Shown here one piece after another: positions 27,887-38,441 of a DNA stretch of 64,000 nucleotides; position 1 is the first letter of the stretch; the number at the start of each line of letters is the position of its first letter. This DNA comes from Bacteroidales bacterium (lineage in GTDB: Bacteria > Bacteroidota > Bacteroidia > Bacteroidales > UBA932). The DNA is taken from positions 12,542 to 76,541 of the forward strand of contig JAKSKB010000001.1 in the NCBI GenBank assembly GCA_024401975.1. The letters run 5' to 3'. Below the pieces are notes generated by a model, which was given only the letters and a program-made list of their open reading frames with translations, searched no databases and was not told the DNA's origin. A program made the translations under genes and the position numbers.

Positions 27887-28723
27887 ATGAAAAAAATCAT
27901 CACCGCCCTTTTTGTCCTGACTTTGACAGCAGGAATTTCTTATGCGCAGGATCTTGCGCAGGCAACGGAAATGTTCAACAATGCGGCCAACGCGCTCAAT
28001 TCGGGAGACAAGACCGCCGCGCTCGACCAGTTCAAGGCAGTGCTTCCGATAGCGGAGTCCCTTGGCGAGGAAGGTACGGCAATCGTAGAAAATTGCAAGA
28101 AATACATACCTCAGGTAAATCTTTCCATCGCGAAGGATTTCTTCAAGGATTCTGATATGGACAGCGCCATAGCGGTCCTCAAGGAGTCCGCCGGTCTTGC
28201 GGAAGGATACGGCAATGCCGAAGTTGCGGAGGAAGTCGCTTCCCTTCTGCCTCAGTTCCTTCTCCAGAAAGGCAACACCCTGTTTTCAGCAAAGGATTTT
28301 GCAAATGCTGCGGAAGCATACAGGGAGGCTGCCGGACTTGACCCTGAAAACGGAGTCCTGCTTCTCCGTCTCGGGATGGCTCTTGCCGGACTCGGCAAGA
28401 CGGAGGAGGCTGTGGAATCATATAAGAAAGCAGCGCAATTCGGCCAGGAAGCCACTGCAAACAAGCAGCTTTCGACCATATTCCTCAAGAAAGCCGCCGC
28501 TTTCCTGAGTTCCGGCAATTTCGAAGGAGCTCTCGATGCTGCCAAGGAGTCTCTGGGATTCCTTCCGAACGCAACGGCTTACAAGGTGGCCGGCAATGCA
28601 GCCGCCAAGTTGAAGGATTACAAGGGAGCAGCGGAGATGTTCACGAAATATCTCGAACTCTCCCCCAACGCCAAGGATGCAGCGCAGACCAAAGCCAATA
28701 TCGAGGCTTTCCTCAAACTGTAA
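27887..28723 (+). CDS. exported tetratricopeptide repeat protein
   Basis: Signal peptide ending SYA-Q; TPR-like helical repeats (GNTLF...AAEAYREA...DP; AAEMFTKYLELSP). Confidence 0.85.
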   Translation: MKKIITALFVLTLTAGISYAQDLAQATEMFNNAANALNSGDKTAALDQFKAVLPIAESLGEEGTAIVENCKKYIPQVNLSIAKDFFKDSDMDSAIAVLKESAGLAEGYGNAEVAEEVASLLPQFLLQKGNTLFSAKDFANAAEAYREAAGLDPENGVLLLRLGMALAGLGKTEEAVESYKKAAQFGQEATANKQLSTIFLKKAAAFLSSGNFEGALDAAKESLGFLPNATAYKVAGNAAAKLKDYKGAAEMFTKYLELSPNAKDAAQTKANIEAFLKL

Positions 28724-30522
28724 TGCAACGGCTTGAACTTCTCGCTCCGGCGAGAACGGCTGACATCGGCATCGCGGCCATAGACTGCGGTGCCGATGCA
28801 GTGTATATAGGAGGACCGTCGTTCGGAGCCAGGAAGGATGCCGGCAACAGCATTGAGGACGTGGGAAGGCTCTGCTCTTACGCGCACCGCTTCGGTGCCA
28901 GAGTCTTTTTGACGGTAAACACCCTGATATACGACAATGAGCGCAGTCAGGTACACGATATGATGCTGAAAGCCGTCGGGGCGGGGGTTGACGCGTTCAT
29001 CGTCCAGGACCTGCAGATAACGGAATGGGAAGACATACCCGTCCCTCTCCACGCTTCCACCCAGTGCGCGATAAGGACTCCTGAGGCGGCCGCCCGTCTC
29101 GAATCCCTCGGCTTTTCCAGACTCGTCCTTGAGAGAGAACTTTCTCTGGAGCAGATAAGGGACATAGCATCTTCTGTCAAGGCTGAGATAGAGTGCTTCG
29201 TGCACGGTGCCCTGTGTGTATGCTACAGCGGGGAGTGCTATCTTTCCGAATATCTTGACGGCAGGAGCGCGAACCGCGGAGAGTGCATACAGGCCTGCAG
29301 GTCGGATTATGACCTCGTTGACGGAGACGGCAAGATACTGATGAGGAACAAGGCTCTGCTTTCTCTCAAGGACATCCGCCTCATAGACAGGATTCCTGAA
29401 ATGGCCGCCGCCGGAGTATGCTCGTTCAAGATAGAGGGACGCCTGAAAAACGTATCCTACGTCAAGAACGCTGTCAGGGAATACTCTCTGGCCCTGGACT
29501 CGCTGATATCCTCGCAGCCCGGAAGATACGCGCGGGCGTCTTTCGGGCGGATTGCCGGCGGGTTTTCCCCTGACAGCGGAAGAACCTTCAACAGGGGATA
29601 CACCACACTGTTTTCGGATGGAGTGAGAAGCCGAGGCTGGTCTTCTATGGATGCCCCGAAATCTATGGGCGCACGGCTCGGAAGAGTGATTTCCGTCAGA
29701 AATTGCGGGGTCCGCGCCCTTGAGGTCACGGTAGAACTTCCCGCCGGATGCACCCTCTCCAACGGCGACGGTTTCGCTTTCGTGCGTGAAGACGGCCCGG
29801 TGGGAATAAGAGGAGACGTCTGTCAGGGGAACACCATCATCTGCAAACGCGTCAAGGGCCTTGCCGAAGGATCTGTGCTTTACAGAAATTACGATGCCGC
29901 ATTTGAAAAGGCTCTCTTCAACGCCCCACCTCACAGGGAGATTCCCGTGGACGTCACCATACGAATCAACTCTGACGGGACACTCTGCACCATAGCCCGC
30001 AGCGAGGACGGCAGGACTGCAAAGCACTTCACGTCCGCTTCACTTGACACGGCTCGGAACAAGGAAAGAATGCTAGCTATGCTCAGGCGACAGATATCCA
30101 GGCGTGAAGGTGACTTCGTCTTCGAACTCAAGGAGATTGCCGGTGCGGACGGCGACATCCCTCTTCTGAGCAGCGCTTTCCTCAACGGCATACGGCGTGA
30201 ACTTGCCTCCATCCTGTCGGCATCCCCGTGCAATAAGATACCGCTCCCGAAAGGCATAAGGAGCATCCGGGACATATCCGGACGGGCTCTGGCCTCCGAC
30301 ATAGGGCGACACGACGGGGAACTGATGCGCACGAAATACTGCATACTCTACGAACTGGGCAAATGTCCGGTCCATCAGGGAGGAAAGCGGGACAAGCTTT
30401 TGTATCTGACGAACAATGGCCGCCGCCTCCCTCTCGGTTTCGACTGCAGACGCTGCGAGATGACTGTAAACGGGGAAAATCACGTCCGGGCCGGCGAGAC
30501 GGTTACAGGAAGTCGAAAGTAA
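28723..30522 (+). CDS. U32 family protein (RlhA/TrhP-like RNA hydroxylation protein)
   Basis: LELLAPA, GADAVYIGG, LHASTQ, FVHGALCVCYSGECYLS, SANRGECIQACR, FKIEGRLK. Confidence 0.88.
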   Translation: MQRLELLAPARTADIGIAAIDCGADAVYIGGPSFGARKDAGNSIEDVGRLCSYAHRFGARVFLTVNTLIYDNERSQVHDMMLKAVGAGVDAFIVQDLQITEWEDIPVPLHASTQCAIRTPEAAARLESLGFSRLVLERELSLEQIRDIASSVKAEIECFVHGALCVCYSGECYLSEYLDGRSANRGECIQACRSDYDLVDGDGKILMRNKALLSLKDIRLIDRIPEMAAAGVCSFKIEGRLKNVSYVKNAVREYSLALDSLISSQPGRYARASFGRIAGGFSPDSGRTFNRGYTTLFSDGVRSRGWSSMDAPKSMGARLGRVISVRNCGVRALEVTVELPAGCTLSNGDGFAFVREDGPVGIRGDVCQGNTIICKRVKGLAEGSVLYRNYDAAFEKALFNAPPHREIPVDVTIRINSDGTLCTIARSEDGRTAKHFTSASLDTARNKERMLAMLRRQISRREGDFVFELKEIAGADGDIPLLSSAFLNGIRRELASILSASPCNKIPLPKGIRSIRDISGRALASDIGRHDGELMRTKYCILYELGKCPVHQGGKRDKLLYLTNNGRRLPLGFDCRRCEMTVNGENHVRAGETVTGSRK

Positions 30523-31684
30523 GGTCCACGTCACCGTAGTGCTGTATCTGTCCCGCGTATTTCTTTATGAATTTCGAAGACAGAGACCCTCTCCAGACTA
30601 TGTCGTCCTTCTCATTGAAGGGGATGTCCATTTCTATACCGTAACTCTTGGAATTGACTTTCACCACCGCAGAAGCCTTCCACCGCGTCTGGGTGCCTCC
30701 GTCATCTTCCGTTATGAGGAAGGCCATCTCCTCCATCTGGTCGGTCCAGTCCGATACGAGTATGGCGTTGAACGGAACGGGCTTGCCCTTATCGCTGCGC
30801 TTGACCACAATCATAAAGTCCGTGACGGAGGGCTGATAGTTACGCATCTCCTCTTCCGTACTTGCGGTGAATCCGTCCACGCCTCCCACCTTCACGAAAA
30901 ACTCGGATGCCCCCCGGAACCAGGAATCGTAATTGCGGTTGATGGTAAAGTCCTTGAGTATCAACGTGCGCAGCTCTTCTTCTTCACCTGAGGAAGTCCC
31001 CGCCTTAGTCGAAGGACGCACTATTATGTCATCTCCCTGCCCCCAGGACGGATCCTGACGGCGCAGCATCTCCAATGACGTGTACTGCGAGTCATCGTTG
31101 GTGTTGATTACCCATACAGGACGGTTCTTCGCCATCTCTTCATCTACCGTCACTTCCTCGACTCGGCGTGTGCCGTCGGGGTCTTCCACGAGCTGATAAC
31201 CGAGATTGGAGGCGGATTCTCCGCCAGGGTCACAGGTGATGACAGGGAGGGACTCACCGTCCCAGTTTTCGTGATAGGGCCAGAATATCTGGCATCCGGA
31301 GCGTGTCAATTCGGCAATACGGCTTTCCGCGTCCCCGGGAGCCTTGCTTGAGGGATGGCGCCGGTAGTATTCCGATATGAGCTCGCGAAGCGGACGGGAA
31401 TAGTCGGTTCCCGCCTTGGTGCCGCCCACTCCCGCTCCCGGACTCAGGAATACTTTCTCCATCGTGTATTCTTCGTCATATCCGTTGTCGGAAGAAGAAC
31501 TTACGGCGGAATACACTTCTTCCATCTGACCCTGTTCTATGGGGAGGGAGGACATCATAAGGGCCACTTCAGAAAGGGATGAGCCCACGATTCCCGCATC
31601 ATCGCAACAGTCGCACAGGTCGTTGCAGGAAACAAAGGCGATGATTCCGGCCAACGCCGGAATGATTTTCGTAAAAGTTTTCAT
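30503..31684 (-). CDS. hypothetical lipoprotein (DUF3103-like)
   Basis: Lipobox FVSC after ATG 31684. YDSWFRGASEFFV and ITEDDGG resemble DUF3103-type proteins; family call from memory only. Confidence 0.65.
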   Translation of the reverse strand: MKTFTKIIPALAGIIAFVSCNDLCDCCDDAGIVGSSLSEVALMMSSLPIEQGQMEEVYSAVSSSSDNGYDEEYTMEKVFLSPGAGVGGTKAGTDYSRPLRELISEYYRRHPSSKAPGDAESRIAELTRSGCQIFWPYHENWDGESLPVITCDPGGESASNLGYQLVEDPDGTRRVEEVTVDEEMAKNRPVWVINTNDDSQYTSLEMLRRQDPSWGQGDDIIVRPSTKAGTSSGEEEELRTLILKDFTINRNYDSWFRGASEFFVKVGGVDGFTASTEEEMRNYQPSVTDFMIVVKRSDKGKPVPFNAILVSDWTDQMEEMAFLITEDDGGTQTRWKASAVVKVNSKSYGIEMDIPFNEKDDIVWRGSLSSKFIKKYAGQIQHYGDVDLTFDFL

Positions 31685-31749
31685 AGTTTTTTTGTTTTTG
31701 CAAAGAGAATAAAAATTATCCGCGTATTTTTTTTGTACGCGGATAATTT

Positions 31750-32625
31750 TCATTTTGTGAATCTGACGGCCCGGCAACGGTCAAAAACGTCTTTCAGAAC
31801 CGAACATTTTTTATAATTCCCATCGCGGAAAACCGCTGCGGTCTCCAATCCGAGGGCGTCGTTTATCTCGACCAGGCCTAATCCTCCGTCTTTCAGGCAG
31901 GTGGAAGCCCAGGCGGCTATGGCGCGGTAGAAGGCCAGCGGGTCGTCCTCCGGTGCAAACAGGGCGACGTGAGGTTCATATTCGAGTACGTTTCGTTGCA
32001 TCTGAGCCCGTTGGGAAACCATTACGTAAGGAGGATTGGCGATTATGAGGTCAAACGGCCCGTCCTCGTCCGGACGCCACTTTCCGAATATGTCCGCCTG
32101 CAGGAATCGCGGCGGAATCACACCTTCGGCGTGCAAATCTTCAAATTCCTGACTACGGGCCACTTCCAGAGCCTCTTCGGAAATGTCGATGGCTGTGACC
32201 GCTGTCCCGGGGCGCGACAGGGCTATGCTCCAGGCTATGCATCCGGAGCCGGTGCAGAGGTCCAGCACCCTGGCGTCCGTCTTGTCCGCGAGCCATTCGA
32301 GAGCCTCTCCAACGAGCATTTCAGTCTCCTGGCGGGGAATAAGCACAGCTGGCGTGACCTTGAATGTCCTGTCGCAGAAAATTTGCCTGCCGAGTATGTA
32401 TTGCAGGGGTTCGCCGTCGCAAAGCCGCCGCAGACAATCCTCCAGCCCGGGCAGGATTTCCTCCGGAATCTCGAAAAGGGGGTCGGTGACGTGGGTGTAT
32501 CTTCTTACGCCGAGAATCTCCTCACAGAGGATATTGACAAGCGAAGCGGCCTCCCTGTCCCGATAGAGGGTTCCGAGCCGGGATACGCCTTCTGCGATGA
32601 AATCCTTGAGAAGCGCTGCGGCCAC
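31750..32625 (-). CDS. prmC: release factor glutamine methyltransferase
   Basis: EPLQYILG, VLIPRQETE, LDLCTGSGCIA, ANPPY, YEPHVALF. Confidence 0.95.
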   Translation of the reverse strand: MAAALLKDFIAEGVSRLGTLYRDREAASLVNILCEEILGVRRYTHVTDPLFEIPEEILPGLEDCLRRLCDGEPLQYILGRQIFCDRTFKVTPAVLIPRQETEMLVGEALEWLADKTDARVLDLCTGSGCIAWSIALSRPGTAVTAIDISEEALEVARSQEFEDLHAEGVIPPRFLQADIFGKWRPDEDGPFDLIIANPPYVMVSQRAQMQRNVLEYEPHVALFAPEDDPLAFYRAIAAWASTCLKDGGLGLVEINDALGLETAAVFRDGNYKKCSVLKDVFDRCRAVRFTK

Positions 32626-32626
32626 T

Positions 32627-33643
32627 TCAGGAATTCTCTATGACAGTGGTGAGGAATGCGCTTATGTCAAGTCCTGCCGAGGCTACCATCTTGGGTACGA
32701 GCGAAGCGCTTGTCATACCGGGTATGATGTTGACTTCGAGGAAATAAAGTCCTTCTCCGGAGAGGATGTAGTCCATTCTGACCACCCCTGAGCAACCCAG
32801 ACGCCTGTATATTTTCGCGGTGGTATTCCGGATGAGGGAAGACTCTCCGTCTGTGATTTCTGCGGGGCATATTTCACGGCTGTGGCCGTTGTATTTGGCG
32901 TCGTAGTCGAAATATTCGTTTTCGGTTATGATTTCTATGACGGGCAGCGTCTTCACTTCATTTCCGTCCGCATACGCGGCGCAAGTGAGTTCCCTGCCAT
33001 CGATTCCCTGTTCGACGAGGACGGTTTCCCCTTCAGTGAACGCATATTTGACAGCCTCCGGAAGGGACGAAGGCTCCGCGACTTTGGTGATTCCGAAGCT
33101 GGATCCCCCGCCCGTAGGTTTCACGAATACAGGGAATTTCAGTTTTTCCGACACTTCGCGGCAGAATGCATCCAGGTCATCGTTGAGGCGTATGAACGCA
33201 TCGGGAGCGCACTTGACGATGCTCCCGTCACGCAGGTAACTCTTGCAGACGAATTTGTCGAAGGCTACGGCACATACGAAGGAACTGCAGCTGCTGAAAG
33301 GGATGTCCAGCATTTCAAGATAACCCTGAAGTTGTCCGGTCTCACCGGGGACTCCGTGCTGCATTACATATACAAAATCGAATTTGACCTTCTCCCCGAG
33401 CATGTTGACCGAGAAATCAGTCTTGTCTATTTCGGGTCTGGCCCCTTCGGAAAGAGCCACGCGCATAGAGTTTTTCTTCCTGTATGCCACGAGCGACCAT
33501 TTCCCGAAGCGGGCGAATATCTCATACACGTCATAATTGTTCCCATCGATTCTGGAAGCGGTGAATTCCCCGCTGCGGCACGACACTTCCCATTCGGAGG
33601 AATCGCTGCCGTAGATGACTGCTATCGAATTGTATTTTCCCAT
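32627..33643 (-). CDS. ddl: D-alanine--D-alanine ligase
   Basis: SSEWEVS, HGVPGETG, PVFVKP, GSSFGI, FDYDAKY, LEVNIIPGMT. Confidence 0.95.
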   Translation of the reverse strand: MGKYNSIAVIYGSDSSEWEVSCRSGEFTASRIDGNNYDVYEIFARFGKWSLVAYRKKNSMRVALSEGARPEIDKTDFSVNMLGEKVKFDFVYVMQHGVPGETGQLQGYLEMLDIPFSSCSSFVCAVAFDKFVCKSYLRDGSIVKCAPDAFIRLNDDLDAFCREVSEKLKFPVFVKPTGGGSSFGITKVAEPSSLPEAVKYAFTEGETVLVEQGIDGRELTCAAYADGNEVKTLPVIEIITENEYFDYDAKYNGHSREICPAEITDGESSLIRNTTAKIYRRLGCSGVVRMDYILSGEGLYFLEVNIIPGMTSASLVPKMVASAGLDISAFLTTVIENS

Positions 33644-33655
33644 TGCTGTATATGA

Positions 33656-36022
33656 TTATTCAAAATAATAGTTTTCCTCAGTCTTGCTGGCGGCACCTGC
33701 ATCCTCTTCCCCACCGCTGCACGAAAGGTTCAGTGTGATGCCTGCGGGGGCGGTGAAGCGGTCGTTCTCGCTGATTTCAAGTGTCGGGTCGGCATACACT
33801 TTCTTCATAAAGTACCCCCATATCGGCAGAGCCATATTGGAACCGCTTCCAAGCGCCAGGGACTTGAAATGCACCTGACGGTCTTCGGCGCCGACCCAGA
33901 CTCCTGCGGTGATGGAAGGGGTGTATCCGATGAACCATCCGTCCGAGTTGTCGTTGGTGGTCCCGGTCTTTCCGGCAATCTCCCCCTTGAGGGCGAATAC
34001 GGAGCGGAGACGCGCGCCTGTCCCCTGATTGATGACACCCTGCATAAGGTTTTCCATAAGGTAGGCTGTGTATTCGCTGACGGCTTCCATCTTGCGGTTG
34101 GTGAACTCCGTGATGGTGTTGCCGTTACTGTCCTCAATCCTGGTGACAAGAAGGGGCGTGACGTACACTCCCTTGGACGGGAAGGTATTGTAGGCGGGAA
34201 CCATCTCGAAGAGCGATATGTCGGCGGGACCTACGCACAGCGAGTACACTTCATCGATATGTGAGTGAATGCCCATCTTGTGCATCATCTGCGCCATAGA
34301 CTGGGGACCGAACTGCTTCATCAGGTAGGCCGAAATGTTGTTGGAACTGTGAGTGAGTCCCCATTTCAGAGTGACGGTCTTGCCTATCCATTCATCCTTG
34401 TCGGTGCTGCGGGGGGTCCATACGTCTTCTCCCACCATAAACGACTGGGGCACGTTGACGACCTTGTCGCAGGGAGACATCCCTTCCTGCATCGCCAGCG
34501 TATAGAGGAAAGGCTTGACGGTGGAGCCCACCTGACGTTTGCCCTGACGGACGTTGTCATATTTGAAATAGCGGTAGTTGGGGCCTCCCACATAGGCCTT
34601 GACGTGTCCGGTGGAAGGCTCTATCGCCATAAAGGCGGCCCGGAGTATGCTCTTGTAGTATTTTATGGAATCGTCCGGAGTCATCACTGTATCGATGCTT
34701 CCCCTTTTGTTCCACGCGAAGACTCTCATCGGGACGGGTTGGGAGAAACTTTTCAGAATTTCTCCTTCCGGAAGACCGGCCTTCTTGCCGCTGCGGTACC
34801 TGTCGCTCCACCTGCGGGCCTGGGCCATCAACGTCTGCGCCATTCCATCGTCGATGTCCGTGGCAAAAGGCTTGTTCTTATTCCACCTTATGTCGGAGAA
34901 GAAAGTCTTCTGAAGTTTCCCTTTCCCGCCGAGCTGCTCAGCCACTGCTTCCTCGGCATATCTCTGCATATGGGAGTTTATGGTCGTATAGATTTTGAGT
35001 CCATCCCTGTCGAGGTCATATTTCTCCCCGTTGGCCTTCTTGTACTTGTTGAGCCATCCGTAGAGTTCGTCCGTTGCCCAAAGCAGCGAATCCGCCGAGA
35101 AATCTTCCGGATAGGCATAATCCGACCGTTTGGGCTTCTTTGCGTTCATCACCCGCCGTATCATATCCCTGAAATAGGGAGCAAGCCCGGAATTGTGGTC
35201 CTGTACGTGATATGTCTCTCTGACCTTGTCTATAGCCACCGTCTTGACGGAATCGCAGACATCCCGCGAAATGTACCCCGCCTTCCTCATCCTTTCGAGG
35301 ACGAGATTGCGGCGGTTCAGCGAGGCCTCCGGATACATTATGGGGTTGTATCCTGTAGGCTTGTTTATCATACCTACGAGCACGGCGGCCTCGTCCAGGC
35401 TGAGGTCCGCCGGGGTCTTGTCGTAGAATGTCTTGGCCGCGGCCTTGATGCCGTAGGAGTTGCTTCCGAAGAAAATGGAGTTGAGGTACATCGCCATTAT
35501 CTCGTTCTTCGTGTAGTTGCGCTCTATCTTGACCGCCGTAATCCATTCCTTGAGTTTTGTCCAGACCATCTTGATTTTGCTCCAGCCGGGGATGCTGCTG
35601 TCCATTTCCTCGCGCGGATAGAGGGTCTTGGCGAGCTGCTGGGAGATGGTGCTTCCGCCGCCCTGATTCTTTTTCCCGAGTATGAGAGTCTTCACCCCCA
35701 CTCTGGCGAGACCCCTGAAATCTATTCCGGAATGCTTGTAGAATCTGGCGTCTTCCGTGGCGATGGCCGCCTGCACGAGATAGGGCGAAAGATCCTCGTA
35801 ACTCACGTAGGTTCTGTTCTCTATATGGAAGGTAGTCAGCACGGGCCCGTCTTCAGCGATGAGCTGTGTGGCGAGTTTGTTGTCGGGATTCTCCAGTTCT
35901 TCGAACGACGGGATGCGCGCAAACGCCCACACGAGCAGGAGGAGGAAGGTCAACAGAAGGAGAGGAACTGTTAAAATCATCCAGAACCACTTGGTAATCA
36001 GCTTTTTGGTAGTATCTTTCAT
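33656..36022 (-). CDS. mrcA: class A penicillin-binding protein (PBP1A)
   Basis: EDARFYKHSG, GGSTISQQLAK and YLN in the transglycosylase domain; STVK, SSN and KTGT in the transpeptidase domain. Confidence 0.9.
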   Translation of the reverse strand: MKDTTKKLITKWFWMILTVPLLLLTFLLLLVWAFARIPSFEELENPDNKLATQLIAEDGPVLTTFHIENRTYVSYEDLSPYLVQAAIATEDARFYKHSGIDFRGLARVGVKTLILGKKNQGGGSTISQQLAKTLYPREEMDSSIPGWSKIKMVWTKLKEWITAVKIERNYTKNEIMAMYLNSIFFGSNSYGIKAAAKTFYDKTPADLSLDEAAVLVGMINKPTGYNPIMYPEASLNRRNLVLERMRKAGYISRDVCDSVKTVAIDKVRETYHVQDHNSGLAPYFRDMIRRVMNAKKPKRSDYAYPEDFSADSLLWATDELYGWLNKYKKANGEKYDLDRDGLKIYTTINSHMQRYAEEAVAEQLGGKGKLQKTFFSDIRWNKNKPFATDIDDGMAQTLMAQARRWSDRYRSGKKAGLPEGEILKSFSQPVPMRVFAWNKRGSIDTVMTPDDSIKYYKSILRAAFMAIEPSTGHVKAYVGGPNYRYFKYDNVRQGKRQVGSTVKPFLYTLAMQEGMSPCDKVVNVPQSFMVGEDVWTPRSTDKDEWIGKTVTLKWGLTHSSNNISAYLMKQFGPQSMAQMMHKMGIHSHIDEVYSLCVGPADISLFEMVPAYNTFPSKGVYVTPLLVTRIEDSNGNTITEFTNRKMEAVSEYTAYLMENLMQGVINQGTGARLRSVFALKGEIAGKTGTTNDNSDGWFIGYTPSITAGVWVGAEDRQVHFKSLALGSGSNMALPIWGYFMKKVYADPTLEISENDRFTAPAGITLNLSCSGGEEDAGAASKTEENYYFE

Positions 36023-36125
36023 AAATTTTGCCCTTCAAAGGGAGGATTTACAAAATTAGCACTAAAATTTGGAAAATTACTCCGTTTGTGTTTTTCTTTG
36101 CAGGTTGAAATCAAATTGAGTCGAA

Positions 36126-38435
36126 ATGGAGGGTAATCTTTTTATTGTCGAGTCACCTCACAAGGCAGGTCAGATACAGGGTTTTCTTGGAAAGGATTTC
36201 AAGGTGGTGTCCTCCAAGGGGCACATAAGGGACCTGGATGAGAACGGTATGAGTATCGACATCGACAACGGCTTCACTCCCGAATACATAATCCCTGACG
36301 GTAAGAAATCTCTGGTGGCTTCCCTGAAAAATCTGGCCGACAAGGCCGGTACGGTGTGGCTGGCATCCGATCCCGACCGTGAGGGAGAGGCCATAGCCTG
36401 GCATCTTGTGCAGGCACTTGCCATCGACCCTTCCAAAATAAAGCGCATCACCTACAATGAAGTGACGAAAAGCGCCGTTCTGGAAGCGATGAAACACCCC
36501 CGGCAGGTGGACATGGACCTTGTGAATGCCCAGCAGGCCCGACGTGTGCTGGACAGGCTGGTGGGTTTCGAACTTTCGCCCATACTCTGGCGCAAGATAC
36601 GCCGCGGGCTTTCTGCCGGTCGCGTGCAGTCCGTGACATTGCGTCTCGTGGTGGATAGGGAAAGGGAAATCGCCGCATTCAACCCCGAACCGTACTATTG
36701 CGTTTCAGCCCGGTTCGTTCTTTCGGGGCAGAAAGTCAAGGGAGTCCTCGACACAAGATTCGGCACCACGGAAGATGCAAGGGCGTTCCTTCAGGACAGC
36801 ATAGGAGCTTCTTATAAAGTCAGGTCCGTGGAGAAGAAGGAAGGCAGACGCACTCCCGCCGCGCCTTTCACCACCTCGACGCTCCAGCAGGAGGCCGCAA
36901 GAAAACTCCGTTTCAATTCGAGCAGGACTATGAGCATAGCCCAGAGCCTGTACGAGAAGGGACTGATAACTTATATGCGTACCGATTCCACCAACCTCTC
37001 AGGACTTGCCATCAATACGGCGAAGGACTACGTCATAAGGAATTTCGGAGAGGAATATTCCAGGCCGCGCAACTACAAGACGCGGACCCGAGGAGCACAG
37101 GAGGCCCACGAAGCCATCAGACCTACGTTCATAGGTACGGAGGATATCGACGGCACAGCCGAGGAGAAAAAATTGTATTCCCTGATCTGGAAGCGTACGG
37201 TATCATCGCAAATGGCTGATGCACAGCTTCTCAATACTTCCATCCGCATCGGTTCGGACAAGAGGGGGGAACTCTATGAAGTGCGTTCCGCCGAGATACT
37301 GTTCGACGGTTTCCTCAAAGTATATCTCGAAGGGAGCGACGACACTCCCGACGAAGAGGAGCAGGTGATTCTGCCGGAAGTGAAAAAGGGTGAAAGCGTG
37401 GACTGCGTGGCGGTTGACGCCGAATGCAGGTTCACCCAGGCTCCATTGCGCTATTCGGAGCAGACTCTCATCAAGAAGATGGAGGAGATAGGCATAGGGC
37501 GTCCGTCCACCTATGCGCCCACGTTGAAGACCCTTTCCACCGGCAGGGGCTATATCGACTTTGCGGACAAGGAAGGTATCCCGCACGAGGTCATCAACCT
37601 CAAGCTCAGCGGCGGCACCATCTCCGAGATACGGAAAAAAGAAATGGTGGGTGCAGAAAAGAGGAAACTCGTGCCTACGGACATAGGGATGGCGGTGACC
37701 GACTATCTCAAAGCCAATTTCACCGACGTGATGGATTTTGATTTCACGGCAAACGTGGAGGAGGATTTCGACTGCATAGCGGAAGGCCGCAAGGGATGGA
37801 CGTCCGTGATTTCCGATTTCTACGGCTCTTTTCATAAGAAGGTGGATGACGCTATGGCGAACAGGGAATATACCCGTATCGAAAGGATGCTGGGAATTGA
37901 CCCGGCCGACGGCAGGGAAATAGTGGCGAAACTGGGTCAGTACGGCCCTTATGTCCAGAAAGGCGAAGGAGAGAACAAGGTGTTCGCGAGTCTCGGGAAG
38001 GGGCAGCTTGTGGAATCAATCACTCTTGAGGAGGCCGTAAAACTTTTCCAGTTGCCCCGCACCGTGGGAGAATACAAGGGGGTGCCTGTCATAGCGCTCA
38101 AGGGCCGTTTCGGTCCGTACATCAAATATGGGGACACAAACGTGTCGCTGCCCAGAAGCAAGGACCCGCTCAAGATAACGATAGAAGAGTGCGCGGCGGT
38201 GATAGATGCCGAACAGACGAAGGCGAAGGGACCTGTCGTGCTTGCGGAATTCCCCGGCGGAATCCAGGTGATTGAAGGAAGATTCGGTCCGTACATCAAG
38301 CAGGACGGCAACAATTTCAAGATTCCCGCCGGTATGGATGCCGCGACCCTCACCGCGCAACAGTGTCAGGACATAGTGTCGAAGGGAACCCCCACCTCAA
38401 GGAAACGGTATTTCAAGAAAAAATCAAAAAAATAG
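36126..38435 (+). CDS. topA: DNA topoisomerase I
   Basis: IVESPHKA, ASDPDREGEAIAWH, SAGRVQS, LITYMRTDS, GIGRPSTYA; C-terminal GRFGPY repeats. Confidence 0.97.
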   Translation: MEGNLFIVESPHKAGQIQGFLGKDFKVVSSKGHIRDLDENGMSIDIDNGFTPEYIIPDGKKSLVASLKNLADKAGTVWLASDPDREGEAIAWHLVQALAIDPSKIKRITYNEVTKSAVLEAMKHPRQVDMDLVNAQQARRVLDRLVGFELSPILWRKIRRGLSAGRVQSVTLRLVVDREREIAAFNPEPYYCVSARFVLSGQKVKGVLDTRFGTTEDARAFLQDSIGASYKVRSVEKKEGRRTPAAPFTTSTLQQEAARKLRFNSSRTMSIAQSLYEKGLITYMRTDSTNLSGLAINTAKDYVIRNFGEEYSRPRNYKTRTRGAQEAHEAIRPTFIGTEDIDGTAEEKKLYSLIWKRTVSSQMADAQLLNTSIRIGSDKRGELYEVRSAEILFDGFLKVYLEGSDDTPDEEEQVILPEVKKGESVDCVAVDAECRFTQAPLRYSEQTLIKKMEEIGIGRPSTYAPTLKTLSTGRGYIDFADKEGIPHEVINLKLSGGTISEIRKKEMVGAEKRKLVPTDIGMAVTDYLKANFTDVMDFDFTANVEEDFDCIAEGRKGWTSVISDFYGSFHKKVDDAMANREYTRIERMLGIDPADGREIVAKLGQYGPYVQKGEGENKVFASLGKGQLVESITLEEAVKLFQLPRTVGEYKGVPVIALKGRFGPYIKYGDTNVSLPRSKDPLKITIEECAAVIDAEQTKAKGPVVLAEFPGGIQVIEGRFGPYIKQDGNNFKIPAGMDAATLTAQQCQDIVSKGTPTSRKRYFKKKSKK

Positions 38436-38441
38436 CGGGCA

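Noticed and set aside
37900-38435. Repeated GRFGPY motifs and absence of zinc fingers in TopA
   Set aside because: These are the standard C-terminal repeats of Bacteroidota topoisomerase I.
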